From contig CAYVXW010000001.1 in the NCBI GenBank assembly GCA_964455585.1, positions 28,248-92,247 on the forward strand: a stretch of DNA of 64,000 bases, written 5' to 3'. Positions 38,808-46,471 of the stretch are shown piece after piece; positions within the stretch are counted from its first letter, which is position 1; every line of letters starts with the position of its first letter. This DNA is from an uncultured Christensenella sp. GTDB lineage: Bacteria > Bacillota > Clostridia > Christensenellales > UBA1242. The translations under genes were made by a program, and so were the position numbers. The notes beneath the pieces were generated by a model. That model was not told where the DNA came from and did not search any database. It saw only the letters and a list, made by a program, of their open reading frames with translations.

Positions 38808-39476
38808 CTACTCCTTTATAAGTTCCTCTATTACAAAACTGCCAAGCACACACCCACACATAGCGGGATAGTACGAAATGCTACCAATAGTATCCCCATT
38901 TGGCGTGGCAATATTACTAGTAAAGCAAACATTATGGTGCGTAACACCCAATTTTCTAAGACCCGAACGCATAACTTTTGCAAGCCCGTCGTTGTAGGTT
39001 TTGTATATATCCGCCACCTCAAATTTGGGTGTACCAACTCTATTGCCCGCACCCATTGCACTAATTATTGGAACGCCAATATCCTTGCAATACTTAATAA
39101 GTGCCAACTTGGACGAAACCATATCAATGGCGTCTATTACATAATCATACTCATTTAGCAAAAAAGTTTCCAAATTTTCGGGTGTTACTTTGTCGTCAAT
39201 GGCTTTAACCTTGCAATCCTTATTAATATCCCTAATTCTTTCCTTCATTGCTTCAACTTTTGGCATACCAATTGTGCTATCCAAAGCAATAATTTGTCTA
39301 TTTTTATTTGAAATATCAACTTTGTCAAAATCGACAATTGTAATATTTTCAACTCCGCTCCTAACAAGCATTTCTATAACATATCCACCTACTCCGCCAA
39401 CGCCAAAAACAATTACATTTGCCTTATGTAACTTGTTTATTTTGTCGCCCAAAAGTATTTCTGTTCTTCTAAACAT
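38808..39476 (-). CDS. tcdA: ThiF/MoeB-family E1-like protein, TcdA (tRNA ct6A dehydratase)-like
   Basis: Rossmann GVGGVGG and the DFDKVDISNKNRQ motif. The ~220 aa length lacks a rhodanese or MoeB C-terminus. Confidence 0.65.
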   Translation of the reverse strand: MFRRTEILLGDKINKLHKANVIVFGVGGVGGYVIEMLVRSGVENITIVDFDKVDISNKNRQIIALDSTIGMPKVEAMKERIRDINKDCKVKAIDDKVTPENLETFLLNEYDYVIDAIDMVSSKLALIKYCKDIGVPIISAMGAGNRVGTPKFEVADIYKTYNDGLAKVMRSGLRKLGVTHHNVCFTSNIATPNGDTIGSISYYPAMCGCVLGSFVIEELIKE

Positions 39477-39563
39477 ATTTCTCTCCTAAAAATTCTTGGC
39501 ATATAGTTTTGCTTTTTAATCAATTTTTACTAGCCCAACCAAAACTACCTAAAATTATTCAAA

Positions 39564-41630
39564 TCACATAGCCCCTTCAATAAACTTTGTGGGCTCACCC
39601 TCATAAATAACCGCAAGCCTATGCATTGCCCTAGTGCAAGCAATATAAAGCAAGTTTTTGTCAATTTCGCTATTATACTTTAACGAAGCGTCATAAATGA
39701 TAACTCCGTCAAACTCTAGTCCTTTGCTATTATAAACCGATATAACGCACACATTTCCGTCATACACATCCATATCGTCATCTATAAGCACGGCTTCCAC
39801 TTTTCCTTGCAATCTTTTAAACAACGCCTTTGCTTCTTTTAGCGACTTTGTAATAATTGCAATCGACTTGTATCCATCTTTTTTAAAATCATTTATATAC
39901 TCAATTATCGCCTTTATATCGCCGTTTTTGTCTACTTTGCATAGGTCTACTGGTTTGCCCTCACGATGCACCAATTGAATGCTACTTTTGCCTCCAACCT
40001 TGCACGCAAATTGGGCAATGTTTTCGGTTTGTCTATACGACTTGTTTATGGAAATCAATTCAACATCACCGCCCAAAACCTCAGTCAAGTTGTCCTTGTA
40101 GGATTTGACCAAGTCGGGATTAACCGTTTGGTTATAATCCCCCAAAATAGTCTTTGGACAATCAAACAATTTGTTTATTATATAAAGTTGCAAACACGAA
40201 TAATCTTGCATTTCGTCAACGACCAAGTGCTTAATCTTGCTATTTGGTTCAGTGCCAAAAATAAATAATTTAAAAAATAGTATTCCATAGGCGTCCTCGT
40301 TTTTTACCTTGTCCCCCACAAGTTCAAGTTTTAGCCCCTTGGAAGCCAAAAAGTTTCTATACGCCCTAACGCTATTTTTGTTCTCAATTTGACCATATAA
40401 TTTTACAAAAATTAGTTCCTTGAGCCTACTTACCTTTTCGGGATTTTTAACCGAGAAAAAGTACTCGTCAAAGATGTTGTCGGTTATCCACTTTATCCTT
40501 GTAAATAGGTCACGGTCTTTGTATCTTTCAAAAAAAAGTTTATTGACCTTTTTTGTGTCGATATTTATATCCCTAATACTAAACTCTTTCAAATTAAAAT
40601 TGTTTATATAGTTTTCGTTTGCATATGACATCAGGTCACGCAAAAACTCAAAACTTGTTTTGTAGTTGTATTCGTCCAAATTTCCGCCACCTATAAGCCT
40701 TTCAATTTGTTCAAACTTTCTTTCAACAATGCAAGTCTTTTTTAGCATCCTTCTTGCTATCATATCTAGTTGCATTTTTTCAATGTCTTCTTCGGCAAGG
40801 TCGGGAAGAACGGAAGAAATATAACTAGAAAGTGCGTTGTTTGGCGACAAGAACACAACCGAACTTGATGTAAACTTTTCCCTATTTTTATACATTAAAT
40901 AAGCAATTCTATGAAGTGCAATTGCCGTTTTCCCCGAACCCGCAACACCTTGAACAACCACGGTTTTGTTTTCGTCACACCTAATGACTTCGTTTTGTTC
41001 TTTTTGGATGGTTTGAACTATAGACTTCATTTGGTTTGTTGCATTCTTTGCTAACGCCTCTTGCAAAAGTTCGTCCTCAATGTTAATAGTTGTGTCAATA
41101 TAGTAGTCCAAATTGCCCTTTGTAATGCCAAATTGACGCTTTCCAAGTAGTTCGCACGAAAGAGTAGACGAATTGGTTTTTAGGACGCATTTTCCGCTTT
41201 CATAGTCATAAAATATACTTGCAATTGGTGACCTCCAGTCAATAACCTTATAGTTCTCCTCATCATCCACCAACGAATGCAAGCCAATATAATAGTTTTC
41301 GTCTTTTTCTTCGTCGTCCGCCCTCAAATCAATCTTTGCAAAATATGGCTTGTCTAGCATTTTTGTATATGCTTTTTCGTCTCGCACAAGGCTATCGCTA
41401 TCTAGTTCCAAATCCCCTAGTCTAGTTTGCATATTTACTAGTTCAACCACGTCTTCTTCGTTTATCTTGTTTGCATTTCGCTTTAGGTATTCAAAATATT
41501 CACTATTTGAGTCGTCAAAAATAGAATTCAAGTTCTTTGAATTTTCTTTTACATATTCAAGTTTTTTCTCCACTAACTCAAGCGTTTCCGCTAGGTTTTG
41601 TCTTTCTTTAATTAGTTCTTTTTCTTCCAT
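39564..41630 (-). CDS. helD: UvrD-like helicase, HelD type
   Basis: Walker A GVAGSGKTAIALHRIAYL, Walker B VVDEMQD, and an N-terminal coiled-coil region typical of HelD. Confidence 0.7.
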   Translation of the reverse strand: MEEKELIKERQNLAETLELVEKKLEYVKENSKNLNSIFDDSNSEYFEYLKRNANKINEEDVVELVNMQTRLGDLELDSDSLVRDEKAYTKMLDKPYFAKIDLRADDEEKDENYYIGLHSLVDDEENYKVIDWRSPIASIFYDYESGKCVLKTNSSTLSCELLGKRQFGITKGNLDYYIDTTINIEDELLQEALAKNATNQMKSIVQTIQKEQNEVIRCDENKTVVVQGVAGSGKTAIALHRIAYLMYKNREKFTSSSVVFLSPNNALSSYISSVLPDLAEEDIEKMQLDMIARRMLKKTCIVERKFEQIERLIGGGNLDEYNYKTSFEFLRDLMSYANENYINNFNLKEFSIRDINIDTKKVNKLFFERYKDRDLFTRIKWITDNIFDEYFFSVKNPEKVSRLKELIFVKLYGQIENKNSVRAYRNFLASKGLKLELVGDKVKNEDAYGILFFKLFIFGTEPNSKIKHLVVDEMQDYSCLQLYIINKLFDCPKTILGDYNQTVNPDLVKSYKDNLTEVLGGDVELISINKSYRQTENIAQFACKVGGKSSIQLVHREGKPVDLCKVDKNGDIKAIIEYINDFKKDGYKSIAIITKSLKEAKALFKRLQGKVEAVLIDDDMDVYDGNVCVISVYNSKGLEFDGVIIYDASLKYNSEIDKNLLYIACTRAMHRLAVIYEGEPTKFIEGAM

Positions 41631-41701
41631 AGTCTTTCCATAAAATTTAGTTTTGCTTGGGTATATTTTAGCATAATCAAAAAATTATTTCAATTGCAAA
41701 A

Positions 41702-42922
41702 TCAACTTTCCCTAATTTCATTGTCCTCAATGTGGTCAACCAAAATTCTTCTTGTTTTTTCCTCAACATAAGGCAAAGCCACCGCCCCACCTATCGACAT
41801 TGTTCCCGACAAGACAAAGCACGTCCAAATAGGCAAAAATATACCAAATGACACAATTATCCCCGTGGTCATAAAATACATATTTAGTTTGCCAATTATG
41901 CAATCAATATTTCGTCCTACAATCTTGCTTTTTTGTAGCATTCGATGATAGGAGAAAAAGAATATAAGCGAATAGCAAATAGCCATAATTGCCACAACTA
42001 TATAGAATGGAATAACCCACTTTATTAGCGTCAAAGATATTCCACCCACGCCCAAAGTTATTCCCGCAACAACTGACAAAGCCGTCAAGTCTTTCTTTGC
42101 GTCAAGTTTTTCAAATAGATAGCACCCCACACCATAAAGCCCGTCAAATAACGCACTAGCAATTGCAGAGGTTGTAAAGGTTCCCGTAAAGGTAAACATC
42201 AATAGTGGCAAAAGAATATACATTGCATTCCAACTTTCTTGCAAAAAATAAAACTTACGATACTCTTTTACAATCGCCTTTGACGCCTCGTTTGCCCTAG
42301 CAACATTGGTGCTATCGGTCTTTAGCCTAATGTGCTCCATTGTAGAATATTCTTCGTTTCGGTTCTCATCTTTTCTATGCTTTAGCGAATAAATCATAAG
42401 TGGCAAAGCACCAATAAAGTATAGCGAAATCGACACAATTACTAGGATGTATGTGTCCAAATAATCAAGTGCCACTCCACCCAAAATTGTTCCACAAATA
42501 AGTGCCATTTGACCAATTAGTTTTCCACGCGCAAGGTTCGTGCCAGTCCCACGCTCTTTGGGTGCATTGACATATGCAAATAGCACTTCTTTTGGGATAT
42601 GTTTAAAGGTATAACTACACGAAAACGCCACACCAATTCCAATTACACAAACTAGCGGATATTGCCCCACAAAAATAAGGAGTACCTCATAGATAATTAT
42701 GGGGATTAGCCTTAGAAACAAAAAAAGTTGAGGGTTTTTGATAAGCCATTTTTCTAGGATTAAATCCAGAAAAAAACTCAAAAAATATTGTATGGCAAGA
42801 GTAAGCATCGCAAACCGCATACTTCCCGTATGGTTAAATACAATAACAGGAATAAACCCGCCAACAAGTTTTGTGGAAAAGTTTGCCATAAATCTATTGA
42901 AATTTGATAATTTTTTTTCCAT
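41702..42922 (-). CDS. MFS-like transporter (paralog 1)
   Basis: About 12 TM helices. The N-terminus LSNFNRFMANFSTKLVGGFIPVIVF is similar to that of the divergent neighbour. Confidence 0.6.
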   Translation of the reverse strand: MEKKLSNFNRFMANFSTKLVGGFIPVIVFNHTGSMRFAMLTLAIQYFLSFFLDLILEKWLIKNPQLFLFLRLIPIIIYEVLLIFVGQYPLVCVIGIGVAFSCSYTFKHIPKEVLFAYVNAPKERGTGTNLARGKLIGQMALICGTILGGVALDYLDTYILVIVSISLYFIGALPLMIYSLKHRKDENRNEEYSTMEHIRLKTDSTNVARANEASKAIVKEYRKFYFLQESWNAMYILLPLLMFTFTGTFTTSAIASALFDGLYGVGCYLFEKLDAKKDLTALSVVAGITLGVGGISLTLIKWVIPFYIVVAIMAICYSLIFFFSYHRMLQKSKIVGRNIDCIIGKLNMYFMTTGIIVSFGIFLPIWTCFVLSGTMSIGGAVALPYVEEKTRRILVDHIEDNEIRES

Positions 42923-43115
42923 AAATCACATTTGCCTCAACTATTTTTGGTTATTTTAACACATTGTTTAACAATTTCAAAATAATAGTTGGTCAAAAAC
43001 CGCCAAAAACATTTTTAAAAAAACTTTTAGTGTGTTATATTAGATAGGTAAGCGGGTCATCCCCGTTTATTTCAATCAAAATTTACATAATACTAAAGAT
43101 ATTAGGAAGAAAAAA

Positions 43116-44375
43116 ATGGATCAATTAAAACTACTTAATTTTCATAAAATGCTAGCAAACTTTGCAAACAACCTAGTAGGTGCATTTGTATCGCTAATTA
43201 TTTATCAAAAAACAAATAGTTTACACCTTGCCATAGCATATTTGGTTGTGGTCAATCTTTTGAAACTTGTTTTTACCATAGCATTTAAAAATCTTCACTA
43301 CAAATATCCCCAACTATTTTTGCTACTAAGGATTATACCTATAACACTATATAACTTGTTTATTTTGCTACTAGATTACAATCTAATTTTGGGTGTGATT
43401 GGAGTATGTATATTTGTAGCCCTTGACACATCGTTTAATAACCTTCCAAAGGAACTCATATTCAACTACTCTTCCCTATCCCAAACACAAAGTAGCGACA
43501 AGTCCATTGGAGTTACAAGACTATTTGAACAAGCGGGAATTATTGTTGCCCTAGTGGTTGGCGGATACTTGCTTGACGTAAACCAAACACTAGTACTAAT
43601 ACTAGCACTATCAATCTACACAATTAGCGTAATCCCACTTGTTATGTATTACATCAAGTGTCGAAAAGAAAAAACGTTTAATAAAGAAGCCACATCAAAC
43701 GCTATTAATACAATTGGCAAAATTGAAACGGCAAAAAAAGAAACAAAGGAAACCCAAAAACGCATTCTTATCACCTATGGAATTGTTTACTTTATGTTTG
43801 GCTTTATGGATATCGTCCAAACAACATTTAGTTTGTATGTGTTCATAATGAAAGGTGAATTTGCCTTGGCGGGCATACTTAACGCAATATATAACGCATT
43901 CTATGCCGTTGGTTTCTATATTGCAAGTGCAATAAACGAGAAAAAAGACACCACAGTTTTGGTGTCAATAATATCGTCTATTATTGCCGTTGTTGTAATA
44001 CTTCTTCCATTTATAGATATCGACAAACAATTTATTATTGTATGCTTGTTCTATGGAATAATGGCAATTGGACTTCCATTCCTATCCCTATTTGTGCTAG
44101 ATAGAATGCTATCAAAAACCCGTATTATGGGGTGCTCAAATGAGGCTCTATTTGTACGAGAAGCGGGATGCCTATCGTCATATATTGTCGGCTACGCATT
44201 TGGATTTTGTGGACTAATTTCAATATTTATAGCAGTCGGTGTGGCAATGTTCACCTCCTCCGCCATTATCCCAATCGGCGAAGAAAGCACCCGAAAAGAC
44301 CTAGTGGACTTTCTTCAAAACAACGAAGTTACCCACCGCTCAAAACGCAAAGCAAGAACCAAAATGGACGACTAA
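43116..44375 (+). CDS. MFS-like transporter (paralog 2)
   Basis: About 12 TM helices. The N-terminus LLNFHKMLANFANNLVGAFVSLIIY parallels that of 41702-42922. Confidence 0.6.
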   Translation: MDQLKLLNFHKMLANFANNLVGAFVSLIIYQKTNSLHLAIAYLVVVNLLKLVFTIAFKNLHYKYPQLFLLLRIIPITLYNLFILLLDYNLILGVIGVCIFVALDTSFNNLPKELIFNYSSLSQTQSSDKSIGVTRLFEQAGIIVALVVGGYLLDVNQTLVLILALSIYTISVIPLVMYYIKCRKEKTFNKEATSNAINTIGKIETAKKETKETQKRILITYGIVYFMFGFMDIVQTTFSLYVFIMKGEFALAGILNAIYNAFYAVGFYIASAINEKKDTTVLVSIISSIIAVVVILLPFIDIDKQFIIVCLFYGIMAIGLPFLSLFVLDRMLSKTRIMGCSNEALFVREAGCLSSYIVGYAFGFCGLISIFIAVGVAMFTSSAIIPIGEESTRKDLVDFLQNNEVTHRSKRKARTKMDD

Positions 44376-44424
44376 ACGCCCTATAACCAAAGCACATTTG
44401 GATACAAATAAAAATTTTTTTACT

Positions 44425-44475
44425 AAAATTTCGCCTAGATTTAGCCATAATTTGTGGCTTGCGAAATTTTTTTTA
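44425..44475 (+). terminator. Terminator downstream of the MFS gene
   Basis: AAAATTTCGC/GCGAAATTTT outer stem encloses AGCCA-taatttg-TGGCT, followed by a T-run. Confidence 0.55.
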
Positions 44476-44484
44476 ATTTAGGTA

Positions 44485-44614
44485 TTGACTTTTGACTTTT
44501 CAGGTGCTAAACTATGGGTGCATTTTAAGAAAGTTAAAATGTTTTTCCATTTTTCATTCTACCTATATACATATATTTAGGTAAAGGGGGTCCTAGTCAG
44601 ACTCTCTTTTTTTT
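44485..44614 (+). ncRNA. Candidate orphan transcription unit (~95-nt small RNA)
   Basis: TTGACT (44485-44490), 17 nt, TAAACT (44508-44513). Further on there is a TACCTA/TAGGTA hairpin. Then GGGGGUC-cuaguca-GACUCUC (two G.U pairs) is followed by T8 (44607-44614). The only ORFs inside are tiny, at most 13 codons. Confidence 0.25.
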
Positions 44615-44634
44615 GCTTTATAACCAAACATTTT

Positions 44635-45202
44635 AGATTCTTCGGGACTAACGCCCACTCAAAATGACACAACGCAAGGCATAGCCTTGCAAGTGAAGAA
44701 GTAATAGTGAATAGTGAAAAGGTGTACAAGCGGGTAACTTATATAGATACACTCCGCTCGGTCGTTTTTAACTCCCTCGGTCGGTATGACACGAAACATA
44801 CCGAAGGTGTCATATCGACTGAGCGAATGCAATGAGCGAACGGAGTATATCTATTAAAATCATCCTTATCTGTCATTCTGAAGCGGAGCGAAGAATCTCT
44901 ACTTTGGGTCATCCTCTTGTACCTCTTCACTTTTCACTATTACCTATTACCTGTGGCAATTCCATTGCACCTGTCATTTTGAGTGGGCTTTAGCCCCGAA
45001 GAATCTAGAACGTGCAGGTTGGTTTTTATAAGGTCAACCACATAGATACACTCCGCTCACCGCCTTTCGTCGGTTCGGTCGGTATGACACGAAAGGTTTA
45101 TTATATGTGTCATTTCGACCGAGTGCGTAGCACGAGCGGAGCAAATCTACTTTCAATCACCCTTATATGTCATTCTGAGTGCACAAAGTGCCGAAGAATC
45201 TC
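44635..45202. repeat. Composite repeat block: four H-hairpins, two M-modules, and an imperfect inverted-repeat frame (locus B)
   Basis: H copies lie at 44635-44669 (inverted), 44871-44899, 44972-45007 and 45168-45202. M-modules lie at 44743-44854 and 45042-45150. Imperfect ~35-bp inverted arms at 44691-44730 and 44916-44951 share the core AATAGTGAAAAG...TACAAG. Confidence 0.7.
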
Positions 45203-45204
45203 TA

Positions 45205-45424
45205 CTTTCAATTTAAGCCCTAAAGGGCTTCCGAGCGAGGTGGGTGGGCGACCGCCAACAACGTCGACACCCGTCGCAGTCACGAGGGAGCGAAGCGGAC
45301 GAGCCACCTCGCCCCGCAAAAATGCTTGCGTTTTTGCCCTCTTTCAATCTAAGCCCGACGGGCTTCCGCTTCCCCCCAACTTCAAATACCAAGCAAGACA
45401 AGGCTCGAAAAACTCTTTTCGGTC
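45205..45424. other. GC-rich structured island inside an AT-rich spacer
   Basis: Direct repeats CTTTCAAT(T/C)TAAGCCC-n-GGGCTTCCG at 45205-45233 and 45341-45368 each form an AAGCCC/GGGCTT hairpin. A 9-bp stem GCGAGGTGG (45235-45243) / CCACCTCGC (45304-45312) encloses 60 nt. There is a GCAAAAA/TTTTTGC hairpin at 45316-45337 and a CGAAAA/TTTTCG hairpin at about 45405-45420. Confidence 0.5.
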
Positions 45425-45838
45425 AAAATGCAGTAAGAGGCAAGGAACTACAAAAAAATCTAGCACGAGTTTACTTTGCGTAAATGACTGCTAGATTTTT
45501 TTGTAAGTGACAAAGCATATTGCCATAAATTCAATTTGCATTGATTATATCCACTGCGCCCATTTTTAGTTTAAAATGAAGTAAGATGCAAGGCTCGACG
45601 AAAAAATCCGATAGGCGCGTATTAGACATACGTAACTATCGGATTTTTTTGGCAGTAAACGAAGCAGATTGCCTATAAAACGAATTGGCGTTATTATTTC
45701 CACCACATCCATTTTTCAAACAAAATGAGGTAAGAGGCGAGGCTCAATAAAAAAATGCGGTAGGCGCATATTGAACATATGTAACTATCGCATTTTTTTA
45801 TTAGAAACAAAGCATATTGCCTCATTTTGTTTGAAAAA
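45425..45838. repeat. Three tandem T-elements (locus B); the last one is the hpf terminator
   Basis: Copies are B1 at 45425-45524, B2 at 45573-45674 and B3 at 45712-45838. B3 has a 19-bp perfect outer stem (45712-45730 / 45820-45838) ending next to the hpf stop codon. Inner hairpins have the form A7-stem-loop-stem-T7. Confidence 0.75.
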
Positions 45839-46366
45839 TTATTTGGAGGCTTCAATCAGCCCATAATTCCCATCATTCCTCTTATACACAACATTAATTT
45901 CCCCGCTTTCGCCGTTTAGGAAAACATAGAAGTTGTGACCAACGGCTTCCATATAAGCGATGGCGTCGTCAACACTGATTGGTTCAAGGTCGAATGTTTT
46001 GGTTTTTACAACTTTGCTTGGAGTGGTTTCTGGCTCGGCGTCTAGGAACTCGAGAGCGTCGGAAACTACTTTTTCGGCAAATTTATTTTTGTATTTTTTG
46101 TTATTTTTTACAATTTGTTTTTCTAGTTTTGGAAGAGCGGTGTCGATGTTATTGTACATATTGTCCGACATAACCTCACTTCTAATAAATAGACCGGCAC
46201 TATTGATAGTGATTTCTAGTTTGCATTGGTCGTTTTGCTCGGTGCAAGCAACCTTTACATCAAGGTCTTTTGTAAAATACTTTTCTAGTTTAGAAAGTTT
46301 TTTCTCGATAATGTCTTTGAATTTATCGGAGATTTTGTAATTTTTAGCAACATATTTTATATCCAT
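45839..46366 (-). CDS. hpf: Ribosome hibernation promoting factor, long form
   Basis: The N-terminal S30AE-like domain (MDIKYVAKNYKISDKFKDIIEKKL) and C-terminal dimerisation domain (VVKTKTFDLEPISVDDAI...FYVFLNGESGEINVVYKRNDGNYGLIE) are both present. The start at 46366 has an AAGGAGAG RBS. Confidence 0.85.
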   Translation of the reverse strand: MDIKYVAKNYKISDKFKDIIEKKLSKLEKYFTKDLDVKVACTEQNDQCKLEITINSAGLFIRSEVMSDNMYNNIDTALPKLEKQIVKNNKKYKNKFAEKVVSDALEFLDAEPETTPSKVVKTKTFDLEPISVDDAIAYMEAVGHNFYVFLNGESGEINVVYKRNDGNYGLIEASK

Positions 46367-46431
46367 AAATCTCTCCTTTTTTGCATATATGTTATTAAAT
46401 TTCTTTGTGAAAGTTCCCCTTCCACACTTAT

Positions 46432-46460
46432 ATTGTACCAAAGATAATTGTTTTTACCAA
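46432..46460 (-). promoter_or_regulatory. Candidate sigma-A promoter for hpf
   Basis: Minus strand reads TTGGTA, 17 nt, TGg-TACAAT (extended -10). Confidence 0.4.
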
Positions 46461-46471
46461 ATATTTTTAAC

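Noticed and set aside
44739-45494. ORFs 44739-44930 (-), 45012-45494 (+), 45213-45401 (-) and 45244-45483 (+) as protein genes
   Set aside because: They overlap one another and are repeat-derived. They are Arg/Ser/Pro-rich as expected from GC-rich non-coding sequence, and none has a credible start context.
45398-45838. CRISPR array, either here or at the 9211-9355 repeat
   Set aside because: The repeated parts are flanks of palindromes, not identical direct repeats separated by unique spacers of constant length. No cas genes or leader sequence are present.
45839-46441. ORF-track N-terminal extensions of hpf, and likewise of trxA, the DUF1292 gene, the HD-domain gene, polA, ddl and aspS
   Set aside because: Internal ATG codons with good Shine-Dalgarno sequences give proteins that start at the conserved family N-termini. 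The longer versions overlap upstream genes or promoters.
46367-46471. raiA-type structured RNA motif or riboswitch upstream of hpf
   Set aside because: Only ~105 nt are available, and most of that is accounted for by a plausible promoter and RBS. No extended conserved structure is visible.
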